This document shows positions 1 through 17,538 of a stretch of DNA of 64,000 nucleotides, one piece after another. A program made the position numbers and the translations under genes. The DNA lies in assembly GCA_963575745.1 (NCBI GenBank), contig CAUYUJ010000166.1, forward strand, positions 1-64,000. The letters are read 5' to 3'. Source of the stretch: Prorocentrum cordatum. Lineage: Eukaryota. The notes beneath the pieces were generated by a model, which searched no databases, had not been told where the DNA came from, and saw only the letters and a program-made list of their open reading frames with translations. The number at the start of each line of letters is the position of its first letter. The first letter of the stretch is position 1.

Positions 1-81
<81 letters not shown>

Positions 82-194
82 TCGCCGCCACTCGCCGCCG
101 CCGCCGCCATCGCCGCCACTCGCCGTCGCCATCGCCGCCACTACTCGTCGCCGCTGCCGCTGCGGCCGCCGCCGCCGCCGCCACCGTCGCCGCT

Positions 195-228
<34 letters not shown>
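1..228. repeat. (TCG)n/(GCC)n trinucleotide microsatellite
   Basis: Pure and interrupted tcg and gcc runs visible directly. Confidence 0.95.
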
Positions 229-2883
229 TCCCCATCGTTCGCGGGGAGGAGGAGGAAGGTCGAGGATCCAGGATGTTGTTTCCAACCTTATTGTGTTCAG
301 TTGTCGTTTCAATAGAGCACTGTGGTTGTGGTACCCTTTCTCCTTCCCGCTTTCCTCCTCCTTTCTTTGCCTGCCCCCTACCTCCTGCGCAACTGTCGCC
401 AGCACCTGCCTCCTGCTTGCCTCTTACACATGTTACCTGCCTTCTGCCCTGCCTCAGCTGTCGCTTGTTTCGTGGGCTCATGGGAGGCCCAGCTGAGTGG
501 TGTGTTTCGCATATACAGACGGGACCTCGCCCTCCCTTGGGGTTGGCAATTGCGCAACTGGGCGACTGCGCAGCTGTCGCCCTTTCCTTGGGCTCATGGG
601 AGGTCTGGCTGGGTGGTGTGTTTCGGAGGAGGGGCTGCATCGCGAACGCCAGGGTGACGTTGAAGTCGGAGATCTCCGAGTCTGCCGAGGATGGGCCTGG
701 CGCGCCAGTGCATCTCCAATACGCAGCATTGTGCAGCCTTGGAGGTCACCGTACATTTACTCTTCACCCGTTGCTCCAGTGTCAGCTCCTGGGGTGGGCA
801 CTTGCTCTCCGACTGCGGTCTGGTGTTGTGGCCGCCCATCGGGGGCCGTGACTGGGGAGCGGTGCTGCGCTGTCCAACGCGCGCCCGCGCACTGCCTGTG
901 CTATATCATGACATCGCCCTCGTCCGGACAGTTGCGCGCGAGTGCGTCGTCGCGCGCAGCAGTACGTACCCCAGGGCACTGCAGGCGGGGTCACGCCCAG
1001 AGTCGCTAACCATGTGACATCAGCCACCAGGATCACCGTCCCGGCAAGCATCACGCAAAACGACACGGCCGCTTTGGCTGCGCACGACTCCGCCTCTTGG
1101 GAAGGGGCAGCTGGCTGAACCGGCTTCCCCGCGCGGCTGCCAGCAGCGCGGGTCCCGCCGCGAACGCAACAAATCGACGGGAAGCGTTCGTGCTCCCATT
1201 TGTTGGCGCGGCACAATCCCTGTCCTCCTGAACGCGGTGTGCAGCATGAGTGCACGTGCGTCTTGACAGCCGCCGCCAAGTGCCCATGGACTTTAGTATG
1301 CATGAGTCCGATGTACCGGCGGTAGGACACTTGGCGCTAAGCTACGACATGCACCGCGAGGGTGACGCTCATTGTCTTTTTGCAGACTATGCCTGACATG
1401 CGCATCATCGAGAAGCCATTCCCTGTCATCAGTGGCAAGCCAGCCTTCCCGTCACGTGCAAGGGTTTTCCTGTCTCGTAGTAGATCGGCGCCACGTGGAC
1501 AACAACGCGAACGTCCTCGTCGCGTTGTTTTGGCGGGCGCATCGCGCCGCGTCGGTGTCGTTCAACATCGCCAGACTAAAGCACGGACCAGTCAACAGCT
1601 GTGATTTGTAAGCGCTAGCAGCAAAGGGCACGCTGCGGCAAACGGCTGGACGAGCTGCAACAGCGCGCGCGCGAAACAAGGCGCGCGGGTGCTTCCCAGC
1701 TGCAGTGCCGCGCAAGCGCCGCAACGGCCAGCTACGCCCGCCAGCACTAACTCACAAAAGAGGGCCAGCTACGCCCGCCGGCAGCAACTCACAAAAGAGT
1801 GCCGACGGCGAGCGGCTGCACCAGCAGTGCGCTGGAAGTAAAAGTTTGGAGCGAATCTGGCTGGATGGCACGATCGGTGCTGCGGCTCGAGCGCGCACCT
1901 GGCACGGTCTGTGCAGGCCCGCATAAGCAGCACCCCGTTCCCTGTTGTCAGGCGACATCGACCGGTCGACACCACCTTTGGTAAGTTGCTTATCCTTGGG
2001 CTCTGCCTGCTGTAGGGTGCCGTTCTGACTCGCGACCCTGGTCATGGCCAGCTCATCCCACGGACGAGTTGGCTGCAGACGAGCCGAAGGCTCTCCAGGT
2101 TACACGACATCCCGTTCGTGCCGAGGCTCCTGAGTCATGGGTGAGTTGTGCCGAGCGTCCACTGCTGTGGCCACGCGGTGAATTTTCTGGGTCCTTATTG
2201 CAGGTGGCCTTCTGTGTCCTAAGTGCTGAGGAGGGACGCCCTCCATTGCCCGGTGGCCCCGACTTGAATAGGAACAAGCGTGCGTGCCCTGCCATTCTTG
2301 CGTACAGCGTGCGCGCGGACTATATGGAATAGAAAGAGAAAGGACATGCGGTGACATGCGGCTTGGAATAGAAAGAGATAGACTACGATTGCCGCCGTGT
2401 CTTTCACCTTTTCACCCATGCTCCCTTCAATTCTAGTGTCTCCTCCTCCTCCTCCTCCTCCTTCTCCTGCTCTTGTCCTTCTCCTCCTCCTCCTCCTCCT
2501 CCTCCTCCTCCTCCTCCTCCCCGTTTCGGCGCATGCTTCGCGCAGATCGTTGCACGCCCATCGCGCGGATTGTACCCTTTTCGGTCACTCTTCACGCGGA
2601 GGACGGCGACAGTGAGGATGATAGTGAAGGTGATGAGGATGAGGATGAAAATGAGGGGGAGGAGGATCATTTGGGCACGGCGGGCCAGGAGGAACACGAC
2701 TATGTGGATCAGGAGGGATACGATGATGCTGATCGGAACGAGGGCCAGGTGGAAGAGAAGGAGGATGATGATGAGAAGGAGGAGGAGGAGGCTGCCGCTA
2801 TCATTCGGAGTAGGACGAAGCGATGTAGGATCTGGAAAATGAGGAACATGACGACGGCGCGGGGTATGAGGGGTAGGATGTGG

Positions 2884-3211
2884 AGGATGTGGAGGAGGAG
2901 GAGGAGGAGGAGGAGGAGGAGGAGGAGGAGGAGGAGAGGGAGGAGGAGGAGGGGGAAGAGAGAGAGGAGGGGAGGAGGAGGGGGAGGCGGACAGGGGAGG
3001 ATAGAGGAATTGGGAGGATGAGGAGGAGGAGGAGGAGGAGGAGGAGGAGGGAGGAGGCGAGGGGGGAAGGAGGAGGAGGAGGAGGAGGAGGAGGAGGAGG
3101 AGGAGGAGGAGGGGAGGAGGAGGAGGAGGTGAGGAGGAGGAGGAGGAGGAGGAGGAGGAGGAGGAGGAGAGAGGCGGAGGAGAGGAGGAGGAGGAGGAGG
3201 AGGAGGAGGAG
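2884..3211. repeat. (GGA)n microsatellite; left flank of the LINE
   Basis: Long interrupted gga run; the same repeat resumes at ~10008 on the other side of the LINE. Confidence 0.9.
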
Positions 3212-3482
3212 AGGGTGTGGCCTGAGCCCGCGCGCGCAGGGCACACCCGATTCCGAACATTGCCCTCGCAGGTCTGACCCCAGGCGTGCATTGTTGCCGC
3301 GCGTCGGCGCTTCTCGTCTTCTGCGGCCACGTGTGACGAGGCGGAGGCCTCCTGGCATAGGCGAGCGAGGCGCGCGCGCTCGTGGGCGCGCACATTGGCC
3401 CGCCTCGGCCAGGCCGCAGGGCTACTCGAAGCGCACCATTCCTCAGGCCGAGGAAAGGAGGACCGAATGGGTTGGAAACGAG

Positions 3483-5003
3483 ATGGGTCAAGAGGAGCTA
3501 GCACGTGGTGCAGCGGCGCGTGCTGATGCGGCAGGCCCAGCAGGGGCTCCACGCTACTGGAACCCAGCAGACCGGCCTACTGCACCGTGGCGAACGCAGC
3601 AGGTCGGCAGAGGTAAAGGAGCGGGTGCAAAAGGAAAAGGCCACGGTGGAACGACCTTGTTGCCCGAGAGGGACTGGACCTACGACCCCAGCTACGAGGA
3701 GGCGACCCAGTACCCGAAGCAGCCCAAGGCCAAGCCGAAGGGCCCGCTCTGGAAGTGCGCCCGCTGTGGATGTGGAAATAATACCGAGGCGATGCAGCGC
3801 TGTAAACTTTGCGGCGAGGTCAAGTCTGAAGCGGCCTCCAACGCCCTCGCGATCCTTGGCAGCGGCCCGCAGCCAGCGAGGCCAGGCATCCTGCGGGATC
3901 GGTCTGCCACTCCAGGAGCTGAGCGTGGAGGGCGAGGACTCGACCGAGATGCAGCAGGAGCTCGTGCTCGTTCGGTGTCGTTCGCGGACTCACCCAGGGC
4001 GGCCCCGACTGTCACGGAGAGTGAGCTCAAGCAGCTCATCCAGCTCACCGAGCGAGCAGGAGACGCTGAAGGTAACAGAGGGTATAAGGAGCAGCTCCGC
4101 AACATGCAGGAGAGCTGCGTGGCCCCGCCAGTGCACGAGCGCGCCTCCGCCTTGCACGCGCAGATCCAGCAGCTCGAGCGCACCTTGGGGACGGAGCTGG
4201 ACAAGCTTGATCGCATCAACCACCAGGCCTCGTTGCAGCGCCAGACAGTCCAGGAGGTGCGCGAAGCCTTGGACGAGGCGGACTCGCAGTACCGCAGCCT
4301 CGTGGCTGCGCTGGCCCAGCAGGGAGGAGTCTCACTGGCCAAAGGTGGACCGGCGAAGATCCCGATCTCCAAGGTCGTGGGCGGCACAGCTGAGTCGGCT
4401 GAGCTGTTCGACGTCGACGAGTTCTTCAATGTCGACGAGTACGCCCTTGCGGACGACGACAAGAAGCAGCTGGCCGAGAGAAAGACTGCGCTCAACCAAC
4501 AGGTGCAGACCATTGCTACAGATCTTTTTGCTGGCGCTGTTGGCGATTTGCAGCGCATTAAGGCTGAGCATCTGGGGCATCTGCAGCGGATGCGACGGAA
4601 GCGACCTCGGCGAGGTGAAGACGATCAGACAGGAGCAGCTGCAGAAGGTGAAGGAGGGCCTGGCGCAGGACACGGCGGCGGCGCGGCTGCTGCTGCCACT
4701 GCTGAGGCTGCCGCCCCTGAGCCCCCAGGCCAGTCAGTCAAGCCAGAAGCCGCCGCCCCAGAAGAGCCCAAGGGGCCTCCTGTCCCAGGGACTCCTGGCT
4801 CGGGATCGGTGCCCCAGGTTCCCGCTTCCCAGGGAGGCACCTCCTGTGCCAGGGGCGGTGGCTCGGCTGACCCAGCGCAAGTATGTGCTGGGGTCCGCCA
4901 GAGAGCGGCTGCCGCGCTTGGCAGGCCAGAAGGAACGTCCAATTGTGATAGGTCTGGAGCTTCTCTGCCACCCGGCTGCAGCCAAGCTCCCCCCCTTGCC
5001 TGA
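3483..5003 (+). CDS. LINE ORF1-like protein (RanBP2-type Zn finger, coiled coil)
   Basis: WKCARCGCGNNTEAMQRCKLCG fits W-x-C-x2-C-x3-N-x6-C-x2-C; followed by heptad-rich LHAQIQQLERTL...VQEVREALDEAD. First ATG inside the element used; true start uncertain. Confidence 0.7.
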   Translation: MGQEELARGAAARADAAGPAGAPRYWNPADRPTAPWRTQQVGRGKGAGAKGKGHGGTTLLPERDWTYDPSYEEATQYPKQPKAKPKGPLWKCARCGCGNNTEAMQRCKLCGEVKSEAASNALAILGSGPQPARPGILRDRSATPGAERGGRGLDRDAAGARARSVSFADSPRAAPTVTESELKQLIQLTERAGDAEGNRGYKEQLRNMQESCVAPPVHERASALHAQIQQLERTLGTELDKLDRINHQASLQRQTVQEVREALDEADSQYRSLVAALAQQGGVSLAKGGPAKIPISKVVGGTAESAELFDVDEFFNVDEYALADDDKKQLAERKTALNQQVQTIATDLFAGAVGDLQRIKAEHLGHLQRMRRKRPRRGEDDQTGAAAEGEGGPGAGHGGGAAAAATAEAAAPEPPGQSVKPEAAAPEEPKGPPVPGTPGSGSVPQVPASQGGTSCARGGGSADPAQVCAGVRQRAAAALGRPEGTSNCDRSGASLPPGCSQAPPLA

Positions 5004-5333
5004 AGTCGGAGACCTTAGGCAATGGGGGCGCTCATGAAAAGCAGCAACTTTTTGTAGGTAATTTGAAGCCTTTTGAAGCCTTACGTGTTGTGCGCGATCG
5101 TAGGTTGCACCATAGGCACGGACAGAATCTGGCTAAGTATCTCCAGGATGTCTTGGGAGGTTTGATTTTGGGCGAGAGGTCTAGTGACTTCCCCCGGGCC
5201 TCCGCGAGTGATACTGTCGCAGCCGACGCGATTCCGCCAGAGCCCGCTGTTAAAATAAAACCCCACAACCATTTTCCAGCCTGCCCCCGAGCAGGCCCCC
5301 GTAAGTAGCAAGCGTAGCAAGGGTCGTTTCAAG

Positions 5334-8300
5334 GTGGAGACGGCCAACGCCACTTCTTGGAAGTCTGCCAAGATATACTTGGAGATCGCTACCGAAGCTA
5401 AGGGCCGCAGGGAACACGAAGCGGCGGCCAAAAAGATAAATTGGAACATGTGCCTCCGTCCCCCAATTGTGACGGAATCAGGGGGTATCAGTTCAGGGGT
5501 TGCTGCGGCCTCCCTGGCCCGCGTCGGAATGCGGAAGGTTCCAGAGCAGCCTCGGCCTCTGCATGCGCCGTCGCGAGTGTGTCTAACCTGGGTGAATGCC
5601 TTCATCCCTGGAGGCTTCGTGGCGGGGTCCGTATACCTCCCACAGAGGTCTCCCTTGGGCCCAGAAGGCTCCCAGGTCCTTGCCCGTCTCGGCGAGGTCC
5701 TCCATGCACTAGGACTCCCGTTTGTTCTTGCAGGAGACTGGAATGTGGAGCCGAAGGAGTTTCACGCCTTCGGCTGGTCGCAGAAGATTGGAGGCGTGAT
5801 CGTGGCGCTCCAGCAGGCGACGTGTCGGTCTACAGCTAAGCAGTGGCGAGTTCTAGTTTTTTTCGTTATATCGCGAGGACTCGCACCATGTGTTCACCAG
5901 TGCACGAGGAACGAGCAGGCGACCACTGCTCCGCACTGGCCAGTCTCTTTAGTTCTGCAAGGCGACCCGATGGAAGCCGCACGTTGGGTGCTGCCTAGGA
6001 TGATCAAGTTCCCCACGGAGTTGCCAATCGGACCTCGGCCCCAACCTCCTGATTATCAAGCCTTATTAGAGCGAGCTGAGGCCCGAGGGACCCCCGAAGA
6101 GCTCAACGGCGTCTTCTTGGATTTCCTGGCTTCCTTCGAGTCGGAGCTGCGTGACATGTATCAGGTCCCTAGAGGCAAGTATGGAGGCCGAGCCCACCAG
6201 AGGCAACTGATTCAAGTAAAGTCACTGCGGGCGGCTGGTGGTGCATTCCCCGTTGCGTGTCCAGAGAGTAGGTCTTGGAGGAGGGTCTCTATTTGGTTTC
6301 AGGAGTTGCACCATATCAAGGCCAAATCGGACTCCTGGGGCTCCAGAGAGACTCATGACCTCATCAAGCGAATACTTGCTGGTCCAGGGAATCTTCGGAA
6401 GCATCCTGATTGGTTATCTTGGAAGCCGACCTCGTCCAGCGACCTGCTGTACCTCTCCGAGTCGGGCTTGCTGGCCTGGCAACATGAAGCAGGACTTTGG
6501 GCTGAAAGGTTGGAAAAGAAGTTTTCAAGTAGGAGATCTGCCCAGTGGAGAGACTGGGTAGCTGAGGCGGTCAAAGGGGGGGTTGGCCAAGCGCATCAAT
6601 GCACCAAGACCCCACTCGGATGGAACCCCAACCAATCCATCAAGCCAGGCCGGCCCCCCCCAGGGCCCAGTGATTTGATTCAGGAACAGGGGGACCTTTG
6701 GAGAGGCATATGGCGCCCATCGCCAGCTGCTAGCAAGTTTCCTGACGCGATTGGCGAGCTCGACCATTTGATCGGTGTGCAAGAGCATGAGGGTCGAGAT
6801 ATTTTCCCACCAGCTGCGCCGGCTGGCGACATCAGGCGAGCAGCAGGCAAGTTCAAGCGTCGGACTGGCCTAGGGGCGGATTCTGTGCACCCACGAGACG
6901 TAGGTCTTGTTTGCGATGCTGCACTTGCCGTTTTGGGGCTTCTCTGGCATTGGGCCGAACGTCTTGGGCATCTTCCTTCTCAGTTAGCTTTGAACCTCAT
7001 CGTCTCACTACCCCGACCTGACATCGGGTTTAGGCCGATTGGTTTATTGCCAGGGATCTGAAGGGTTTTTGGGGAGCTTAATTGACCTGAAGCTGACCAG
7101 TGGGAAAGTCGTGAGGTTCGAGATTTTCACCGCGGGTCCCGTGGCCGCAGTTGTGAAAGAGCTGTCTGGGAACAAGCCTTATCTGGAGAATTTTCGAAGC
7201 TGAATAATATCCCCATCGGCGGCTGCTCTGATAGATTTAACTAAGGCCGACGAGAAGGTCAGCCACTATTTGCTGGTGCAGGCGGCTGTAAAATATAATT
7301 TCCCGCTCGTGAGGCTGCGCCTTCTACTCCGCCAGTATAGAGCAGCTAAGCTATTGCAGATTGGTGGCATGGTGTCGAATGTTATTGAGGTGTGGCAAGG
7401 TATTGTTGCTGGATGTTCGTTTGCCACGTCCCTCATGAAACCTGTCCTCCTGGCTCCGTGCGATGCTGCCCGTCTGCGTTGGCAAAGTGTCAGGATTTTC
7501 AACGTGGTCGACGACCTTACCCTATTCGCCTCGCTGGTGGCCAATCGGCTTGGCTCGATCATTGGCAGCGCGGCGGCATTCATCTGTTGGCAGCTCGAGA
7601 AGCTGCAGCTGGTCGTGCCTAAGGATAAGGGCGTCATGATTTCAACTAACTCTGAAGTAGCAGCTGTTATTCAGAAGAGATAACAGAAATATGATTTCGT
7701 GATAGCTAAGTCGGGTAAAATCCTCGGTATAGATCAGAGTTTGACCAAAGGCAGGAGAGCCGCCAAGGTGCAGACGGGTCGGTTTGCTAAGCTCCGCCCC
7801 AGGCTGTCCCGTTTCAGAGGTCTCAGGAGTTCGTTCAAGGGATCCTCGAAGGTTGTCAAAGTGGGGGCTCTCCCTTCGGCGCACTACGGGACCTCGGTGG
7901 TGGGCCTCTCCATCAAGAAGCTGGTTGAACTGAGGGCCATGTTGGCCCAGGCGGGCTTTGGTACTCCTAAGGGGCGCTCGAGGACTCTGGAATTCCTTTT
8001 TGGGCCTGACCCTGGCGGCGATCCAGAATATGCTGCAAACTCAGGGCCTATCGTGATGTGGATCGCGGCGTTGCAGCAGCACTGGGCCCCCGAGTTGCAC
8101 CTAAAGACCTGTTTTGAGAAATTTCAAGCCGTTCCTGACCGAGGATGGGAACGCGTTCAAGGACCCGCAGGCGCAGTAGTGTGCACTCTGGATAGGCTAG
8201 GCTGGACCATCATATCATCAAGTCTTGGGATTCCTGGGAGACGGACCAGGGGCCCCCTGTGAGCCCGAGGTACCACGGCAAGAGGACGTTCAAGAGCGTC

Positions 8301-9025
8301 ATCAAGATGAGCACCCAGCGCAGTCTCATCGAGAGTTTAGGAGGACCCCAAGGCAAAGTCGAAGGCCTACCAGGTGCGCCCTGCTTGGAGCCGCTAGTTT
8401 CTATGTGCCGTGATCTTCGAGCGCATGGCCGAGGTGATTCGGCAGGCCGGCTTGCGATTGCAGTTTCAGGAGGTTACGCAACCCAGCGCGATTTGTTTTC
8501 TGACAGGCGAGTTGTTGACGGCCATTGTCAGTGGTGCAAGCGCGCGCTGGGAACTAAGTCTCACAGATTCCACGACTGCGATGCGCAGAAGCCCTTCTTG
8601 TGTAGCCTGGATTTGGACGAACGCCTCGAGGAGGCAAGGCGCGCTGATGAGTACGATGTCTTTTCGAAAGTCCTGAATGGCAGTGGCCAGCTCCGCTCAT
8701 CAAGGCGGAGCCTCGGTGGAGCTGCTTCCCGCGAAGCGGGCTGCTGGACTCAGGCTACATATGTCTTGACGGCTCGGGTTTGGTCCAAGATAGTATGACG
8801 TTTGCTCGAGCAGGGTATGCTGTTGTGGGGCTAGATGAAGGGGGTAACATTCGCGGCAGTTTGTACGGTCCTCTCCCGCACCTCCTGCAGCTTGCAGGAT
8901 GTGGTGAAGTGTATGCGCTGCTAGTTGCTCTCAGGCATCTTGGTGCAACCCCAGCGGTGAGTGCCGCCGACTGCAAGATGGTGCTCGACATTTGGAATGC
9001 TAGACCAGGACAATATGTAACCGAT

Positions 9026-9061
<36 letters not shown>

Positions 9062-9074
9062 TTGTTGTTGTTCG

Positions 9075-9126
<52 letters not shown>

Positions 9127-9127
9127 T

Positions 9128-9169
<42 letters not shown>

Positions 9170-9733
9170 CTGTGGCGTGATATCTTTCGGGTTGCTGAAG
9201 ACATCGGTGTTGCTAATATTAGGTTGATCGAAGTAAAATCGCACTTGAGCCGCGCGGCGGCATTGGATGCAGGTGTGAATTATTGGGCTTGGTTCGGCAA
9301 TCGAGAGGCTGATAGACTTGCCAAAGTCGGAGCCAGCGCCCAGGCCAATCTTCCTTCCGTTCGAGCCCAGTATGATCTAGTAGCTCGTAAAGTGAAGAGT
9401 TCGGTGACCGTGGTCTCGGGGATCGTCGACCGTCTTGCCAAGCAGAACTTCCCAGATGTCATGAACTATCGTAAACCCGTGCGATCCAAACCCGCACTTC
9501 TCGAACTGATTCCTGATCCCTTGGGCCGCCAGCTAGCCAGAGAAGGGGCAAGTTTCATGTGCGTTCGGTGTGGGGACAGGGGGGCCTCTCGTAAAGCTAT
9601 ATGTATGACCCCTTGTTCTGGACTCCCTAGAGCTTCCCGCACTTCGCACCCTTCCCATACTCTGTGTGTGGGGGGTGGAAAGGTGACTTGGTGTGTAAAA
9701 TGCGGAGCTTTTGGGAGTGTGAGGTCCCGGTAG
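5334..9733 (+). pseudogene. LINE ORF2 (APE-RT-RNase H) with stops and frameshifts
   Basis: APE: ETANATSW, SVYLP, LAGDWN, APHWPV; RT: FRPIGLL (7028-7050), QGIVAGCSFAT, VVDDL; RNase H: LDGS (8765-8776), GEVYALLVAL, ADC, ELWRDI, VKSH, GNREADRLAK; split over ORFs 5334-7061, 7270-7683, 7699-8262, 8259-8798, 8780-9733. Confidence 0.85.
9027..9166. repeat. Poly-T/(CT)n tract inside the RNase H domain
   Basis: Homopolymer and dinucleotide runs interrupting TDV...ELWRDI, frame preserved. Confidence 0.85.
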
Positions 9734-10007
9734 TTGAAGGAAGATGTTTAAAAAGGACCTCGGAACAAGGACGCTGGACATTCCCTCGCCCTGTTGAAGC
9801 AGGGTATCGACCCGTCCAGCGGAAAGTTTTTCGGTCAGAACTTCCCTGTGGATAAGCTGCTGGCTGAAGCTCCGCCGCCGCCCCGAGGCCGCTGAGCTCG
9901 CCAGGCAGCTAAACTCGTCTCTTATTTTTCTTCTCTTTGTTGCGGGAGTGTCATTTCAATTCTTGTTGTACAGGAGGTGGCTCTCTCTTAACGCCGAAGG
10001 ACGCCGA

Positions 10008-14195
<4,188 letters not shown>

Positions 14196-15283
14196 GAGGG
14201 TGATGATCATCAGAAGGAAAACGACCATTAGGATGAGAACTAGGAGGGAAGGTAAGGGACATATCCTGTGCTTCCCGCGGCTGCCTAGGGTGGTTGTGTC
14301 CTTTGCCAGGGTAATTTCAAGATATGGGCCCCGTGGGACCCTGGAACCCATCCCAGGGATTGACTTTTCGTTTCAGACCGTCCCTTGATTGCCCCAAGGC
14401 CCGAGATGTGTCTGGAGGCCAAGGACTGGGAACAAGGCCGTCGCGATTCGTTCGTGACCCTGGAGGTCCGGGTGCCACTGGAGGCATCCTCAGGCCTCCG
14501 GAGAAGATTACAAGACAGACAAACTCAGCAAAGTCTCGCTCCCCAATGTTCCTTCTTCTCCTTCTTCTCTTTGTGTTTGGTTTTCAGATTATTCTTCTTC
14601 TTTTTCTTCTTTTTCCTCTTCGTATCCCTTCGCCTCATCCTCCTCCCTCTTCTTCTCCTCTCTCCTCCTCTTCACGTCTGCTCCTCTTCACGTGTGCCCG
14701 ACGAGGTCTTTGTGTACGCCCTGTGCGTGCGCCGAGGCTGCCCCCCCCCCCGCTGGCGCCGCCCCCCCATTCCCCCCCGCCTGGCCTGCGGCTTTCCGTC
14801 CCCGTGCAATGGAAGTGGGGGGAAGAGGGGGCCGTCGGGGAGCGCTTGAGTAGGGCCGAGGGTCAAAGGGCGCCTTCCTCTGCAGGACCACCCAAACAGG
14901 GACGTCAAGGTGGTCCAACGCCTCGCCGGTGAAGCCGACGAAGATGTGCAACATTCAACCGTTCGCTCATGTCCAAGGTTTTGGCTTGACGCCGGGTGAC
15001 TGAACCGGTTGGTTGTGCCTCTTCACGTCCGTTTGGGGTGTTCTGCAGACTTGACCCCCCAAACCTACTCATGGGATCGCTGAGGGGCGAGGAAGGGATG
15101 ACTTGGCATCGCTCGGACGTGTGCATTTTCTGTCGGAGAGGGCCACTGAGGAGCCTCCTGGATCATCCTGCGAATGAAAAATTACGCTACCGAGGAACCC
15201 CACATACTTATATGATGGCTGGAGAGATGAGAGCTGAAGTGAAGCATGTGAGAATGATGTTGGTGGCCGTTGCCCCGCCGATA

Positions 15284-17538
15284 CCGCTGTGCCCTGGACG
15301 ACCGTCATGGATAGCGGCCGCGGTGAGAGACCACCCCCTGCGCACCCCCTTGTGGTGTCGAGAATATGTCATGCCTGCTGTGCCCTGGACGACCGTCACG
15401 GATAGCGGCCGCGGTGAGAGACCACCCCCTGCGCACCCCTTGTGGTGTCGAGAATATGCCATGCCTGCTGTCCCCTGGACGACCGTCACGGATAGCGGCC
15501 GCGGTGAGAGACCACCCCTTGCGCCCCCCCTACGCTGTCGAGAATATGCCATGCCTGCTGTGCCCTGGACGACTGTCACGGATAGCGGCCGCGGTGAGAG
15601 ACCACCCCCTGCGCACCCCCTATGGTGTCGAGAATATGCCATGCCTGCTGTGCCCTGGACGACCGTCACGGATAGCGGCCGCGGTGAGAGACCACCCCCT
15701 GCGCACCCCCTATGGTGTCGAGAATATGCCATGCCTGCTGTGCCCTGGACGACCGTCACGGATAGCGGCCGCGGTGAGAGACCACCCCCTGCGCACCCCC
15801 TATGGTGTCGAGAATATGCCATGCCTGCTGTGCCCTGGACGACCGTCACGGATAGCGGCCGCGGTGAGAGACCACCCCTGCGCACCCCCTATGGTGTCGA
15901 GGTGCTCGAGAATGCTGCCCATGCCTGCTGTGCCCTAGACGACCGTCACGGATTGCCTGCTGTGCCCTGGACGACTGTCACGGATAGCGGCCGCGGTGAG
16001 AGACCACCCCTGCGCACCCCTATGGTGTCGAGAAATGCCATGCCTGTGCCCTGGACGACCGTCACGGATAGCGGCCGCGGTGAGAGACCACCCCTGCGCA
16101 CCCCCTATGGTGTCGAGAATATGCCATGCCTGCTGTGCCCTGGACGACCGTCACGGATAGCGGCCGCGGTGAGAGACCACCGGCCGCGGTGAGAGACCAC
16201 CCCCTGCGCACCCCCTTATGGTGTCGAGAATATGCCATGCCTGCTGTGCCCTGGACGACCGTCACGGATAGCGGCCGCGGTGAGAGACCACCCCTGCGCA
16301 CCCCCTATGGTGTCGAGAATATGCCATGCCTGCTGTGCCCTGGACGACCGTCACGGATAGCGGCCGCGGTGAGAGACCACCCCCTGCGCACCCCCTATGG
16401 TGTCGAGAATATGCCATGCCTGCTGTGCCCTGGACGACCGTCACGGATAGCGGCCGCGGTAAGAGACCACCCCTTGCGCACCCCCTACGCTGTCGAGAAT
16501 ATGCCATGCCTGCTGTGCCCTGGACGACTGTCACGGATAGCGGCCGCGGTGAGAGACCACCCCCTGCGTAGCCATGCCTGCTGTGCCCTGGACGACCGTC
16601 ACGGATAGCGGCCGCGGTAAGAAACCACCCCTTGCGCACCCCCTACGGGTCGAGAATATGCCATGCCTGCTGTGCCCTGGACGACCGTCACGGATAGCGG
16701 CCGCGGTGAGAGACCACCCCCTGCGCACCCCCTATGGTGTCGAGAATATGCCATGCCTGCTGTGCCCTGGACGACCGTCACGGATAGCGGCCGCGGTGAG
16801 AGACCACCCCCTGCGCACCCCCTATGGTGTCGAGAATATGCCATGCCTGCTGTGCCTGGACGACCGTCACGGATAGCGGCCGCGGTGAGAGACCACCCCC
16901 TGCGCACCCCCTATGGTGTCGAGAATATGCCATGCCTGCTGTGCCCTGGACGACCGTCACGGATAGCGGCCGCGGTGAGAGACCACCCCTTGCGCACCCC
17001 CTACGCTGTCGAGAATATGCCATGCCTGCTGTGCCCTGGACGACTGTCACGGATAGCGGCCGCGGTGAGAGACCACCCCCTGCGCACCCCCTATGGTGTC
17101 GAGAATATGCCATGCCTGCTGTGCCCTGGACGACCGTCACGGATAGCGGCCGCGGTGAGAGACCACCCCTTGCGCACCCCCTACGCTGTCGAGAATATGC
17201 CATGCCTGCTGTGCCCTGGACGACCGTCACGGATAGCGGCCGCGGTGAGAGACCACCCCCTGCGCACCCCCTATATATGCCATGCCTGCTGTGCCTGGGC
17301 GACCGTCACGGATAGCGGCCGCGGTGGGAGACCACCCCCTGCGCACCCCCTATGGTGTCGAGAATATGCCATGCCTGCTGTGCCCTGGACGACCGTCACG
17401 GATAGCGGCCGCGGTGAGAGACCACCCCTTGCGCACCCCCTATGGTGTCGAGAATATGCCATGCCTGCTGTGCCCTGGACGACCGTCACGGACAGCGGCC
17501 GCGGTGAGAGACCAGCCCCTGCGCACCCCCTACGCTGC
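15284..17538. repeat. 90-bp tandem satellite, about 25 copies
   Basis: Unit GCTGTGCCCTGGACGACCGTCACGGATAGCGGCCGCGGTGAGAGACCACCCCCTGCGCACCCCCTATGGTGTCGAGAATATGCCATGCCT, near-identical copies with occasional indels; ends in (GTGCT)n 17540-17598. Confidence 0.97.

Noticed and set aside
250..2400. Short overlapping ORFs
   Set aside because: No recognisable motifs; may hold exons or TE remnants that I cannot support.
2880..3482. N-terminal 200 aa of the 707-aa ORF
   Set aside because: Microsatellite and probable LINE 5' UTR.
15284..17538. CRISPR array or repeat protein in the 90-bp array
   Set aside because: No unique spacers, no cas genes, frames broken by indels; simple satellite.
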